Origin: an uncultured Fibrobacteraceae bacterium
Lineage (GTDB): Bacteria > Krumholzibacteriota > Krumholzibacteriia > LZORAL124-64-63
Length of the DNA: 64,000 nt
Assembly (NCBI GenBank): GCA_964389015.1
Contig: CAYMCR010000001.1
Span: 86,040-150,039, forward strand
Direction: 5' to 3'
The notes below the pieces were generated by a model that worked only from the letters and a program-made list of their open reading frames with translations, had not been told where the DNA came from and ran no database searches. A program made the position numbers and the translations under genes. Positions 30,169 through 40,432 of the stretch are shown here, in pieces; position 1 is the stretch's first letter; each line of letters begins with the position of its first letter.

Positions 30169-31464
30169 TCATGGAGACCAATCAGGAGTTTTATCCGACT
30201 CGTCGCCAAAGGTCAACTGGCGGCTTGTACCGTCCCGCACGTCCATGACGAAGAGCTTGAAGACCCCCGTCCGGTCGGAAGCGAAGACGATGTGGCGACC
30301 GTCGGGCGCCCAGCTCGGATCCTCGCAATTCCGCCACGTGGCGTCCGTCAGAATGCGCCTGTTCTCCCCGTGGGCCTCGATCAGCACGATCTGCGTGATG
30401 TCGTTTTCCCGGCAGGCGTAGATTATCTGCGTGCCACTGGGAGACCAATCCGCAGCGTCGTTGTAGCGACCCTCGAAGGTGAGGCGTCGGCGCCCGGAGC
30501 CGTCGGCATCCATGATATATAGCTGGGGTGTGCCGGTCCTGTCACTTGTAAATACCACGTCCCGGCCCGTGGGCGACCAGGACGGCGAGATCTCGATGGC
30601 CGGCGAGACCGTCAGACGGCGAACGATGGTGCCCACGAGGTCAATGCGGTAGATCTCGTGTTGCCCCACCTTTGACAGCGACACCACCAGCTCCTCTGCC
30701 TGCGGATGCCAGGCGGGCGCCAGATTGGAGCCGACCGTCTCGTTCACGAGTCGGACCTTGCCCGTGCCGGCGTCCAGCAGGTAGATGCCCTGTTGACCCT
30801 CCCGGTACGACATGAAGGCCACGTGGCTATTGTCGGGCGACCAGGCGGGGAACAGGTTGAGGGTGCGGTTGGCGGTCAGGCGCAGCAGGTTCTCGCCGTC
30901 GTAGTCGACACAGTAGATGTCGCGCCGCTCGCCGGTGCCGCGCGCGAAGACCACCTTGGTCAGGCTGATGCCCGCCTCCATGTTCAGGAACAGGTGCAGC
31001 TCGTTGACGAAATGATGAGCGGTGGCGCGCAGGCGGTCCCAGGTCGGTCGGTAGCGCTTGCTCAACAGGAGTTGCCGACCGGGATACGCCACGAGCTTCA
31101 AGGTCAACAGGGGCGCGCGTTCCTCTGCCGTGACGCCCGTGCCGGGCAACCGCCCCTCCAACAGGCCTTCCACGGCGTACTGGACCTGTGTGGTGTCGCT
31201 CATGTCGTCGACGGATAGCGCCTTGAAGAAACCGCTGTAATCCAGATCGACGCGGATCACGGAATCGATCAGCCAGGCTGCCTCCTGGGCCTCGGTTCCG
31301 CCCGAGACCACCTCCAGCGGTTGCACCAGCATGTCGAGACGCTCGGCTCCCACGCGTGTGGTGCCGAGGTTTATTTCCGGGTCGATCGCCCGGGCCGGCG
31401 ACGCGGCGATGAACAGCGCGGCCGTTAGCATTATCAGCAGGAACATCCTGTCGGGTCGGCTCAT
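30169..31464 (-). CDS. tolB: Tol-Pal system beta-propeller protein TolB
   Basis: Signal peptide. N-terminal TolB domain, then repeated WSPDG/WAPDG propeller blades. 431 aa. Confidence 0.85.
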   Translation of the reverse strand: MSRPDRMFLLIMLTAALFIAASPARAIDPEINLGTTRVGAERLDMLVQPLEVVSGGTEAQEAAWLIDSVIRVDLDYSGFFKALSVDDMSDTTQVQYAVEGLLEGRLPGTGVTAEERAPLLTLKLVAYPGRQLLLSKRYRPTWDRLRATAHHFVNELHLFLNMEAGISLTKVVFARGTGERRDIYCVDYDGENLLRLTANRTLNLFPAWSPDNSHVAFMSYREGQQGIYLLDAGTGKVRLVNETVGSNLAPAWHPQAEELVVSLSKVGQHEIYRIDLVGTIVRRLTVSPAIEISPSWSPTGRDVVFTSDRTGTPQLYIMDADGSGRRRLTFEGRYNDAADWSPSGTQIIYACRENDITQIVLIEAHGENRRILTDATWRNCEDPSWAPDGRHIVFASDRTGVFKLFVMDVRDGTSRQLTFGDESDKTPDWSP

Positions 31465-31468
31465 GGTG

Positions 31469-32167
31469 TCAGTTCCCGGAGGTGAGGGTGAAGGTGTAGG
31501 TCACGCCCAGCGCGTTGTCGGCCAGGCCGCGCGGCAAAGGCATGAAATGCCCGACGGATCTGACCGCCTTCAGGGATTCGCGATCCATCAAGGGTACGCC
31601 TGAAGACTGGACGATGGTTTCGCGGGTGATCAAGCCGTTCTGCTCCACGTGAAAATGGATCCTGCAGACGCGCGCCGCAGCCTCCCGGAAACCGAGCTGC
31701 TTGGGCTGCCAGTTGCGCGCGATGCGGCCCTCGAGGAGATCGATGTAGTACTTGAAGCGAGGCGGGATCGACACGTCGGTACCCACCACGGGCTGTGGCG
31801 CGGGCGTGTCCGGCTCCGCCGCGATCGTGGCGTCGTCGGTCACGTCCACTGCGGGCTCCGCCTGTGCCTTCACTGTCTCGGGTTTCTTGTGTTCTGGTTC
31901 CACGCGCTGTTCCGGTTCCTCGGGTACGACCGCCGGCGGTCGTGTCTCCTCCTCTGGGACAACCAGTTCCGGGGCTGGCGCCTCGTCCTGCACCTCCGGT
32001 TGGACGGGTTCGGTGCGGACGACTTCGGGCCGTGGCAGCCGGGTCATCCGCACGGAGATGGTGCGCTGGCGCGGTATCACCTGCCGGCTGACGTGTGAAC
32101 CGAACCAGATGATCATCGTCAGGGCCAGGAAGTGTAGAAACAGCGAGACCGGGAAGGCGCGACTCAC
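31469..32167 (-). CDS. tolA: TolA-like protein (TonB C-terminal domain family)
   Basis: N-terminal TM helix, Pro/Glu-rich linker, C-terminal TonB_C-like domain. Positioned between tolR and tolB. Confidence 0.5.
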   Translation of the reverse strand: MSRAFPVSLFLHFLALTMIIWFGSHVSRQVIPRQRTISVRMTRLPRPEVVRTEPVQPEVQDEAPAPELVVPEEETRPPAVVPEEPEQRVEPEHKKPETVKAQAEPAVDVTDDATIAAEPDTPAPQPVVGTDVSIPPRFKYYIDLLEGRIARNWQPKQLGFREAAARVCRIHFHVEQNGLITRETIVQSSGVPLMDRESLKAVRSVGHFMPLPRGLADNALGVTYTFTLTSGN

Positions 32168-32580
32168 GGCCGAGCCGCCTGTGACAGCTCCAGGTCTGCG
32201 ACCAGGCTGAGGTTGACAAAGCCGAGACGCTCGATCGCCGCCATGACCTGCAGGGCGAAACCGTAGGGCACTTCGCCGTCGGCGCGCAGGTAGACGGGCA
32301 GTTCGTCGCGCTGGTCCAGGAAGGCGGACAGCCGGTCCGCCAGACCGTCCAGGTCCACGGGATCCTCGTCGAAATAGATCTTCCGGTCCTTGGTCACGGT
32401 GACGATCGGACCTTCCTCCACCACGACCTCACGGGTCTCCGTGCGGGGCAGGTTCACCTCGACGCCCCCCTGGATATAGGGCGCGGTCAGCATGAAGATG
32501 ATCAACAGGCAGAGCGTGACATCCACCAGCGAGGTGATGTTTATCTCGGAGAGGCTGCGGTACGCAGACCGCCGTTTCAT
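32164..32580 (-). CDS. tolR: TolR (ExbD/TolR family)
   Basis: INITSLVDVTLCLLIIFMLTAPYIQGGVEVNLP is the ExbD/TolR signature. 138 aa. Overlaps its neighbours by 4 nt. Confidence 0.8.
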   Translation of the reverse strand: MKRRSAYRSLSEINITSLVDVTLCLLIIFMLTAPYIQGGVEVNLPRTETREVVVEEGPIVTVTKDRKIYFDEDPVDLDGLADRLSAFLDQRDELPVYLRADGEVPYGFALQVMAAIERLGFVNLSLVADLELSQAARP

Positions 32581-33299
32581 CTGATCCGCTCCTTCTCGTG
32601 CGTCTCGGGCCGACGCGGCGGGCGGCTACGGTCCGCGCTGCGTGCTGCTTCCGGCGCGGCTTCCTCGAGCACGGTGCGCAGGCGCTCCAGCTCGTTGCCG
32701 ATCAGGTCGATCTTGCGCACGAACATGTTGTAGAAGACCACGGCCGGGATGGCCGCCGAGAGTCCGGCGATCGTCGTGATCAGCGCCTCCGCGATGCCGG
32801 GCGCCACCACGGTGAGACTGGCGCTGCGCATGGCCGACATGTCCCAGAAGGCCTGCATGATGCCCCAGACGGTGCCCATGAGACCCAGAAACGGCGCGAT
32901 GGTGACCGTTGTCGACAGGACGATCAGGTAGCGTTCGAGTGCCTCTATCTCGGCGTAGGCCACGCGCTCGGCGACCCGGCGCACGGCCGGTGTGGTTCGC
33001 TTGCTGCGCCCCTCCAGCCAGAGGTTGGCCAGGGGCAGGTCCGCGCGAGCGTGGCACCAGTCATCGAGATCCGCGGCATTCCCGCCCCGCTCGATCCACT
33101 CTTCGCAGAGGCTCCAGAACCTGGCGTGCCCATTGCGGATCGCGGACAGGGTGCGGGCCTTGTCGATCATGACGGCCCACGACAGTACCGACAGCAGGAA
33201 CAGGATGAGCAGGACGAACTTGCCCAGTAGTGTGGTGTCGCGCAGGAGACCCAGCAACTCCGAGGCTCCCAGCGCGGCCAGGAAAGCAGTATGAACCAT
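32577..33299 (-). CDS. tolQ: TolQ (MotA/TolQ/ExbB proton channel family)
   Basis: 240 aa with 3 TM helices. LSTTVTIAPFLGLMGTVWGIMQAF and APGIAEALITTIAGLSAAIPAVVFYN motifs. Confidence 0.8.
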   Translation of the reverse strand: MVHTAFLAALGASELLGLLRDTTLLGKFVLLILFLLSVLSWAVMIDKARTLSAIRNGHARFWSLCEEWIERGGNAADLDDWCHARADLPLANLWLEGRSKRTTPAVRRVAERVAYAEIEALERYLIVLSTTVTIAPFLGLMGTVWGIMQAFWDMSAMRSASLTVVAPGIAEALITTIAGLSAAIPAVVFYNMFVRKIDLIGNELERLRTVLEEAAPEAARSADRSRPPRRPETHEKERIR

Positions 33300-33434
33300 G
33301 TCAGCTCCTTCTGGCAGGGACGGCCGCCGAACCGGTCCGTCCCCTGCAATGTACCATCACGGGCCTGGGCTTCAAGGCCGGATTGCGGCGCCGCCGTGCT
33401 GATACGGAAGCGGACGCCTTGAGTTCCCGCCTGT

Positions 33435-34574
33435 TCAGGACTCCCGCTGCGCGAGCAAGCGATCGTAGAGTTGCACGTAGAGCTTTATCACGCAGGGAGT
33501 TCCGAAATGCGCCACCGCGGCGCGCAACCCGTCGTCGGCGATCTGCCGATACAACGCGTCGTCCCGGAGCAGGCGCGTCGCCGTGGCGATCCAGAGATCG
33601 ATATCGTCCGGGTCGCAGAGATAGCTGTTGTGTCCGTTCTCGATGAACTCGCCCGGGCCGCCGACATTCGTGACGATGACGGGCGTGCCGCAGGCCATCG
33701 ACTCCAGCGCCACCAGACCGAAGGACTCGTGCCGCGAAGGCAACAGGGTCAGATCCGCCATCGCCAGCAGATCCTCCAGATTCTCGACCTGCCCCAGGAA
33801 GGTGACCCGATCGCTCACGCCCAGTTCCGCCGCCAGCCGCTCGGCCGGAGCCCGCTCGGGACCCTCGCCCAGCATCAGTAGCCGGCTGGGCACGGTGGCG
33901 GCGATCCCGGCGAAGACGCGCAGCACGTGGGGAATGCGTTTCACCGGCCGGAAATTCGAGGCGTGCAGGATGAGCTTTTCCCCGGGCGAAACAAAGGCTT
34001 CCCGGTCGAGGTCGACACGGGGGCGGAAGCGCCGCGGATCGACAAAGTTGGGGATGACCTCGATCTCGCGCTCACAACCGAAGACGCGGCGGGTCTCGTC
34101 CCGCAGCGAGGAACTAACGGCGGTCACCGCGTCGCTCTCCGCGATCAGGAAGCGGGTCATCTCGAAGTAGGAGGGTTCCTGGCCGACGAGCGTAATGTCC
34201 GTGCCGTGCAACGTCGTGATCATGGCGATGTTTTCCCGGCCGAGCATGCTGCGGGCCAGGTAGGCGCTGGCGGCGTGAGGGATGGCGTAGTGGACGTGCA
34301 GGATGTCCAGACCGTGATGACGGGCCACTTCGCACATCTTGGTCGCCAGGGCCAGGGTGTAGGGCGTGTGCCGGAATACCGGGTAGGAAACGGCTTCCAC
34401 CTGGTGGAAGAAGATATTCCGCTCGTAGCGCTGCAGCCGCACCGGCATGGCGTCGGTGATGAAGTGGACCTCGTAGCCGCGCCGGGCCAGGTTGAGGCCC
34501 AGCTCGCTGGCGACGATCCCGCTGCCGCCGGCGGACGGATAGCAGGTGATGCCGATCACCGGCAGGCGATTCAC
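33435..34574 (-). CDS. bshA: N-acetyl-alpha-D-glucosaminyl L-malate synthase BshA (GT4 glycosyltransferase)
   Basis: GTG start overlapping the bshB stop (GTGA). N-terminus (M)NRLPVIGITCYPSAGGSGIVASELG matches the BshA N-terminus. GT4 EX7E region ESFGLVALESMACGTPVI. Confidence 0.75.
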   Translation of the reverse strand: MNRLPVIGITCYPSAGGSGIVASELGLNLARRGYEVHFITDAMPVRLQRYERNIFFHQVEAVSYPVFRHTPYTLALATKMCEVARHHGLDILHVHYAIPHAASAYLARSMLGRENIAMITTLHGTDITLVGQEPSYFEMTRFLIAESDAVTAVSSSLRDETRRVFGCEREIEVIPNFVDPRRFRPRVDLDREAFVSPGEKLILHASNFRPVKRIPHVLRVFAGIAATVPSRLLMLGEGPERAPAERLAAELGVSDRVTFLGQVENLEDLLAMADLTLLPSRHESFGLVALESMACGTPVIVTNVGGPGEFIENGHNSYLCDPDDIDLWIATATRLLRDDALYRQIADDGLRAAVAHFGTPCVIKLYVQLYDRLLAQRES

Positions 34575-35338
34575 GACCAACGCTCCGCCGGCAGGTCCCG
34601 GCAGACGGGGGAGGCTTCGACACGCAGGGCTTCCGCCAGTTCGACACCCGCCCGGAAACCCCACCCCCGCGCCCACCGCTCGACCTCCTGCAGGAACACG
34701 GGGTCGTTGATCATGGTGGCGCGTGCGCTCGCGCTGGGCTCGAACTGGCTGGCGTAGCACCGCAAGGCCGCGAGCTTGGCCGGCCAGACGTCGCTCACGT
34801 CGAAATAGGCGTCGACCCGGTCCCCGGGCAGACAGACCGTGCAGACCGCCTCGCATTCCCAGCGTTCGGCCGGTGCGGGCAAAGATGTCCCTTCCGGCCA
34901 GATCCGGGGCGCGGGGGCCTCGGGACGCCAGGCGGCCAGGCGCGCCATGAATGCCCCTTTGCGCACCAGAGCGGGCACCGCCTGATGGTCCGGATGACGG
35001 TTGGGCATGGGAGCGGCCACGACCCAGCGCGGACGCAACCTGCGGATCACGTCCGCGACGATCGCCACCTGTGACGTGTCGTGTGCGGAAATGAACCCGT
35101 CGGGCGAAGCGAACTGGAGACGACCGGCGATGCCCAGGATCTCCGCCGCGGCGGCCGCCTCGCGCCATCTGACTTCCGGCGTTCCGTTCGACCCCAGCTC
35201 GCCGCGGGTCAGATCGCAGAGCCAGACCGCGCGACCGGCATCGGCCAGACGGCGCAGGGTCCCGCCCAGGGCGATCTCGGCATCGTCGCTGTGGGGTGAG
35301 ATGCAGAGCAGGTCGCAACCTGTCGCGCCTTGGTTCAT
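34571..35338 (-). CDS. bshB: N-acetyl-alpha-D-glucosaminyl L-malate deacetylase BshB (LmbE/PIG-L family)
   Basis: LCISPHSDDAEIALGGTL is the LmbE metal-binding motif. Sits between bshC and bshA. Confidence 0.75.
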   Translation of the reverse strand: MNQGATGCDLLCISPHSDDAEIALGGTLRRLADAGRAVWLCDLTRGELGSNGTPEVRWREAAAAAEILGIAGRLQFASPDGFISAHDTSQVAIVADVIRRLRPRWVVAAPMPNRHPDHQAVPALVRKGAFMARLAAWRPEAPAPRIWPEGTSLPAPAERWECEAVCTVCLPGDRVDAYFDVSDVWPAKLAALRCYASQFEPSASARATMINDPVFLQEVERWARGWGFRAGVELAEALRVEASPVCRDLPAERWS

Positions 35339-36903
35339 GAGCCGTTCCTTTCACCTCGGGAATCCGCGTTGATGTCAGCGACCAGTATACGCCAGTCCGC
35401 CCACGCCCCCGACGCCCCGGCCTCCAGATGCGCGTGCGCCGCTGCCAGCACCGCGGTCGTCAACGTCTCGCCCCAGAGGGCTGTGGCCCAGTGCATGGCC
35501 AGCACACGCTCCTGGCGCCGGGCGCCGGGCGCGAGCCAGGCCGGCTGAGCGCCCGTCTCGTCCCCCGCCCTGGCCAGGGATTCGAACAGCGAGCGGTTGC
35601 GGGCCGACCATCGCTTCAGGTTCGGACCGGCGGCGGTCCGGGCCTGATCCGCCGTGAGCTCGAACACCTCGCGTAGGGCCTCCGTGAGAGCCGTCTCTGC
35701 TACGTTTTCCAGGTGCGCGAGCGCTGGTGCGGTAGCTTCCTCTCGCGCCGGGTTGTCCGAGCGGGGTTCCGCCGACGCATCGGTCAGGGTGCAGAAAAGG
35801 CGCGGCACCAGCGGCGGCCGGGTTACGCCCAAGGCTTCGTACACGGGCTCCGTCTGCTTCAGATATGCCAACTCGCCAGGTCCGACCACGACACCCGCCG
35901 GGCGGAAGAGCCAGTCCTGTACGGGAGAACGAAACAGGACACCGGGTCGCAGCGACGCCGGATTCTCGGGACGCGCATCCTGCTCCCCCAGGCGACGGCG
36001 CTGCCCGCCGTCGGCGACGCTGAACGGTCGCGCCAAGGACTCCGCGCCGATCTGGGCGTGGTACCCGTCCGCGGCAAATCGCTCGCCTCTCTGCGCGGCG
36101 AGAGCCGACAAACCGGCCTCGCCCGCCAGGATCCTCTTATACAGTGGCTTGGCAACAGCATGAAGACGGTCGTCGTCGCCGGAAACCACCAGCAAGCCGT
36201 GGTGACCGAACAGGTGCAGGAGGGCGCGACGATGGAGCCGCCCCCACGACTGCCCGCTCGCCAGGGCCGACTGCCAGGCCGCCGCGAGGCGCTGAGCCAA
36301 CGGCGTGTGCGCCGCCTGCTCGGCGAGCCACGCGGCCTCACCGACCCCGGCCGCCGACGCCGGCAGGGTCCCCACCGATTGTGAGGCCGCTGAAGCCGGC
36401 GGGAGCGGATGCAAGAACGTCCGACGTCGGGGGTCGAAGAGGCAGGGCGAAAACGCTTCGCGCAGGTCGTCGTCGTCGTCGCCGGACCAGAAGAGCGGCA
36501 CGGTGGGGCGTCCGGCGGCACTGCGCGCCGCAGCGGCGGCGATGCAGGTCGCGGTCTTGAACAGGGTGTATAGCGGTCCGCCCAGAAAGCCGGGTTGCTG
36601 TCCGGTAATGATCACATCGGCCTCGCCGGCGACCAGCGACGCCACCTGGTGACGGCAGATCGCCACGGCTTCGTCGTCGGGCAGATCGGCCGCGAATTCA
36701 TCCCACCAGGCTTCGCGCCACACCGTAGCGGACCAGGCGGGCGAGGGTACTGTGCTGGACGGCGCCTCCAGACAGGCGCGCCAGGCCGCGGTCGCGCTAC
36801 CCAATCCGGGAACGCCCGCCACCCAGTCGCACATCAAGCTGGGAAAGTCCGGCACCGCCGCGAGCGGGACACAACGCGCGATCGGATAGGCCTGGCCGGT
36901 CAT
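35335..36903 (-). CDS. bshC: Bacillithiol biosynthesis cysteine-adding enzyme BshC
   Basis: 522 aa. VIITGQQPGFLGGPLYTLFK is the BshC hallmark GQQ motif. Start/stop overlaps with neighbours. Confidence 0.7.
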   Translation of the reverse strand: MTGQAYPIARCVPLAAVPDFPSLMCDWVAGVPGLGSATAAWRACLEAPSSTVPSPAWSATVWREAWWDEFAADLPDDEAVAICRHQVASLVAGEADVIITGQQPGFLGGPLYTLFKTATCIAAAAARSAAGRPTVPLFWSGDDDDDLREAFSPCLFDPRRRTFLHPLPPASAASQSVGTLPASAAGVGEAAWLAEQAAHTPLAQRLAAAWQSALASGQSWGRLHRRALLHLFGHHGLLVVSGDDDRLHAVAKPLYKRILAGEAGLSALAAQRGERFAADGYHAQIGAESLARPFSVADGGQRRRLGEQDARPENPASLRPGVLFRSPVQDWLFRPAGVVVGPGELAYLKQTEPVYEALGVTRPPLVPRLFCTLTDASAEPRSDNPAREEATAPALAHLENVAETALTEALREVFELTADQARTAAGPNLKRWSARNRSLFESLARAGDETGAQPAWLAPGARRQERVLAMHWATALWGETLTTAVLAAAHAHLEAGASGAWADWRILVADINADSRGERNGS

Positions 36904-36913
36904 GCCGTCAACC

Positions 36914-37708
36914 TCACGATGAACGGTCCTTTCCGTAGATCAGGAGCCAGCGCGCCGCTGTCTCCGGCGCGAAGACGCTACCGTCGTAGCCGCCGCGGGC
37001 TCCTTGTCGAGTCAGGCCGACAGCGGCGGCCAAAGCGTCCAGGTCCTCCGGCTCGAACAACGCGACCGCCTCGGTGTAGGCGAGGCCGGTTTCCGGAATC
37101 CCCCAGGCGTCGGCCTGTTCCCGCTGTCCCGGCAACGGGGAGATCTCGACTCTTTTGAGCACGCGTGACCCACACTCGTCCAGACGCCTGGTCTCGGTGA
37201 CAAGGCACGGACCAGCCTCCCGCACGGTGGGTGCACGGGGCTCCGCCAGGTCCCGCCGCACCTGGCGGCAGTTCAGGTAATCCAGGCACCAGCGCCCGCC
37301 CGGCGCCAGAACGCGGGCGATGCCGGCGAGGAGGTCCCGGTGGTCGCCGAGGCCTCCGAAATAACCGAAAGCCGTGAACAGTGAGACCACCGTACGGAAG
37401 ACACCGTCACCAAAGGGCAGAGCCTGCATGTCGGCGCGAACCAAACCCGCCGGCGGATCCCCAGCCTCGCGCTCCCGGGCGCTGCGCAAGAGCGCGGGCG
37501 AGAGATCGAGACCGACGACACCATGCGGGCAGCGCGCTTGCAGCGGGGCGAGGTGGCGTCCCTCACCGCAACCCAGATCCAGCACCATACCGGCGGCGAA
37601 GGGCAGGACCTCCGCCAGGGCGTCGATGCAGGCCGCGGCCTCCGTCGCATCCCGGTGGGCGTAGAGCCAGGCGTAGTGTTGTCCGAAGGCGGTCTCGTAC
37701 CAGCTCAT
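36914..37708 (-). CDS. Class I SAM-dependent methyltransferase (candidate bacillithiol N-methyltransferase, NmbA-like)
   Basis: Motif I VLDLGCGEGRH. 264 aa. Start overlaps the nadB stop; immediately upstream of bshC-bshB-bshA. Confidence 0.7.
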   Translation of the reverse strand: MSWYETAFGQHYAWLYAHRDATEAAACIDALAEVLPFAAGMVLDLGCGEGRHLAPLQARCPHGVVGLDLSPALLRSAREREAGDPPAGLVRADMQALPFGDGVFRTVVSLFTAFGYFGGLGDHRDLLAGIARVLAPGGRWCLDYLNCRQVRRDLAEPRAPTVREAGPCLVTETRRLDECGSRVLKRVEISPLPGQREQADAWGIPETGLAYTEAVALFEPEDLDALAAAVGLTRQGARGGYDGSVFAPETAARWLLIYGKDRSS

Positions 37709-39357
37709 CCTGACGTGGTCCCGTCGAGGGACATGGCCTGCAAGCCGGTGCCGACGCCAACGAGCGTGTCGGCGACATCTGCGGATTTTCCCGGATGATC
37801 CAGCGTGTAATGCAGACCCCGACTCTCCTGTCGCGCCAGCGCGCAGAGCACGATCAACTCGGCGTTGAGGGCGATGTTACGCAGCTCGATCAGGTCCGGG
37901 CTGAGCAGGGCGATGCGGTACAGGTCTTCCACCGTGGCCCGGATGTTGCGGATTCTGTCGAGGGCAATGTCGAGGCGATTACGGGTGCGCACGATTCCCA
38001 CGTAGTCCCACATGACCCGGCGAACCACGTCCCAGTCGTGTTCGAGGATCATGGCTTCCGGGCCCTTGGCGACCCCCCGGGTCTCGGCCACGTTCACGGT
38101 GCGGGCTGCGGAGGACGCGCTCACGTCGGTGTCGACCTCCAGCGCCGCCCGGGAGGCCCGCTCGGCGAAGTGGACGGCCTCCAGCAGTGAGTTGCTGGCC
38201 AGACGGTTGGCGCCGTGGACCCCCGAGCAGGCCACCTCGCCGATGGCCAACAGACCCACCAGGCTCGTCCGACCGTCCTGGTCGATCCGGACGCCGCCGC
38301 ACATGTAGTGCGCAGCCGGTACCACCGGCACGGGTTCACCCGCCATGTCGATGCCGAAGCGCCGGCAGGTCCGTGTCAGGTTCGGGAAGCGTTCGCCCAC
38401 GAAATCCCGGTCCAGATGGCGCAGATCGAGGTACACGCAGGGGTTGCCGGTCAGCTTCAGTTCCTGGTCGATGGAGCGCGCCACAACGTCGCGGGGCGCC
38501 AGTTCCTGCCTGGGATCGTAGCGGGGCATGAAGCGCTCGCCGCGGCCGTTGATGAGGTGGGCGCCTTCGCCGCGGACAGCCTCGGAGATCAGGAAGCTCT
38601 TGGCTTCCGGATGGTAGAGGCAGGTGGGGTGGAACTGCACGAACTCCAGGTTGGCCAGGACCGCGCCGGCGCGGTAGGCCATGGCCAGGCCGTCGCCGGT
38701 GGCGATGTCCGGATTCGAGGTGTAGGCGTAGACCTTGCCGCAACCACCGGTCGCGAGCGTGATCACATCCGCCAGGTAGGGCGTGGTGGTCAGGGTCTGG
38801 CTGTCCAGCACCCAGCAGCCGGCGACCCGGTCCGCCGGCAGCTCCACGCCCGTCAGCTCTTCGCCCCTGATCAGATCGAGACCCACGTGGTTCTCGTCCA
38901 GCTCGATGCGGGGATGGTTGCGGCAGGCCGCGAGCAGGCATTTCTCCAGCTCCCGGCCGGTGAGATCGGCGGCGTGAACGATGCGGTTGCGTGAATGCCC
39001 ACCTTCGCGACCCAGCTCGTAGGAATCGCCGCCCTCGGTCCGTGTGAAGTCCACACCGTATTCCAGCAACCGATCGATGAGCCGCGGCGCAGCGCTCACC
39101 ATGTCGCGCACGACCGTCTCGTCGCAGAGGCCGTCCCCGGCGACGAGGGTGTCCTGCACGTGGAGTTCGAAATCGTCGAGGGGGGACAGCACGGCGGCGA
39201 TCCCGCCCTGGGCGTAGTTGGTGTTGCTCTCGAAGGATTCCTTCTTGGTGACGACGCGTACCTCGCCCCGCTCGGCCGCGAGCAGGGCGAACTGCAGGCC
39301 CGCGATCCCTGAGCCGATCACCAGATGACGCGAAACGATCGGTTCGAAGCGTTGCAA
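37705..39357 (-). CDS. nadB: L-aspartate oxidase
   Basis: FAD-binding VIGSGIAGLQFAL, succinate dehydrogenase/fumarate reductase flavoprotein family. 550 aa, NadB-length. Confidence 0.85.
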   Translation of the reverse strand: MQRFEPIVSRHLVIGSGIAGLQFALLAAERGEVRVVTKKESFESNTNYAQGGIAAVLSPLDDFELHVQDTLVAGDGLCDETVVRDMVSAAPRLIDRLLEYGVDFTRTEGGDSYELGREGGHSRNRIVHAADLTGRELEKCLLAACRNHPRIELDENHVGLDLIRGEELTGVELPADRVAGCWVLDSQTLTTTPYLADVITLATGGCGKVYAYTSNPDIATGDGLAMAYRAGAVLANLEFVQFHPTCLYHPEAKSFLISEAVRGEGAHLINGRGERFMPRYDPRQELAPRDVVARSIDQELKLTGNPCVYLDLRHLDRDFVGERFPNLTRTCRRFGIDMAGEPVPVVPAAHYMCGGVRIDQDGRTSLVGLLAIGEVACSGVHGANRLASNSLLEAVHFAERASRAALEVDTDVSASSAARTVNVAETRGVAKGPEAMILEHDWDVVRRVMWDYVGIVRTRNRLDIALDRIRNIRATVEDLYRIALLSPDLIELRNIALNAELIVLCALARQESRGLHYTLDHPGKSADVADTLVGVGTGLQAMSLDGTTSG

Positions 39358-39361
39358 GGTA

Positions 39362-40432
39362 TCAAGCCTCCAGTCGCGACAGGACCGTTTCGACGAGGGA
39401 AGTCGGTCCCCGCCAGCTCAACTCCAGCGCCACGACGTGCAACTGCGGAGCGCTGTCGGGCCAGAGCGGGGACAGCTTAACGTGATCCTTGGCCGTCGTC
39501 AGCCACCGGCGTACGCCGGACGCGACACCGGACGCGAGCAGGTCGTCGACATCGCGGCGGGAGAAGGCGACATGATCGTCGAATCTCGCGACCACCACCG
39601 GCGACCTCCCGCACAGGGAGGCACAATCCGCTTCGAAACGTTCCGGCGCGGCAATCCCGCTCACCACACCGTACGGTATCTCATCCGGCGCCGCCACGCC
39701 TCGCGGCAGCGCTACCTGACGAACGAACCCCAGCACGGTGGGGCCCTGCGCCGGTTGTGCGGGCGGCGCCTCGCCGCCCCGCAGGGGCAACAGCCACACG
39801 GCCGCCCGGGCCGCGCCGGCCGCGCCTTCCCGATAAGGACCCCAAGGCAGACGCAAGCCGGCTTCGGGCACGATCCCAGCCCCTACCGCCCGCCAGCGAT
39901 CCAGGATCAGCACATCCAGATGACGTGCCACGCCGGCGCATTGATGTCCGTCCTCGAGCACCACGATCTCGACGTCCGGCCGTTGTTCACGAAGCAGGCG
40001 CAGGCCCGCGGCCCTGTCGCGCGCCTGAACGACCGTGGAGCCGGCCAGGCGCGCGGACAGCAGCCGCGCCTCGTCGCCGCAGCTCGGGTTCGCGGCGTCG
40101 ACGATCAGCGGTCCGGATAACCCGGAGCCGTACCCACGGGTGATGATCGCCATCCGGTGGCCTTGGGCCTGCAGACCCTCCACCAGGGACAGCACGACGG
40201 GTGTCTTACCGCTGCCCCCGGCGGCGAGCGCACCCACCGAGACCACGCGCGGCCGTGTCGGCGGCGTCCCGCGACTGGCCAGCCGACGGCGCAGATCCGC
40301 GGTTGCGAACGCCGTCGTCAGGGGCGAGACGAGCGGTAGCCAGCGTGGGGGCCGGTCCTCCCAACGACGCCAGAGCGACCAGACGGCGCGGGTGCTGCGC
40401 CGACGGCGGTCCAGCACGATGGTTCCGCTCAT
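39362..40432 (-). CDS. lpxK: Tetraacyldisaccharide 4'-kinase LpxK
   Basis: VVSVGALAAGGSGKTPVVLSLVEGLQAQGHRMAIITRGYG is the P-loop LpxK signature. The ATG overlaps the stop of the upstream DUF374 gene. Confidence 0.75.
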   Translation of the reverse strand: MSGTIVLDRRRRSTRAVWSLWRRWEDRPPRWLPLVSPLTTAFATADLRRRLASRGTPPTRPRVVSVGALAAGGSGKTPVVLSLVEGLQAQGHRMAIITRGYGSGLSGPLIVDAANPSCGDEARLLSARLAGSTVVQARDRAAGLRLLREQRPDVEIVVLEDGHQCAGVARHLDVLILDRWRAVGAGIVPEAGLRLPWGPYREGAAGAARAAVWLLPLRGGEAPPAQPAQGPTVLGFVRQVALPRGVAAPDEIPYGVVSGIAAPERFEADCASLCGRSPVVVARFDDHVAFSRRDVDDLLASGVASGVRRWLTTAKDHVKLSPLWPDSAPQLHVVALELSWRGPTSLVETVLSRLEA

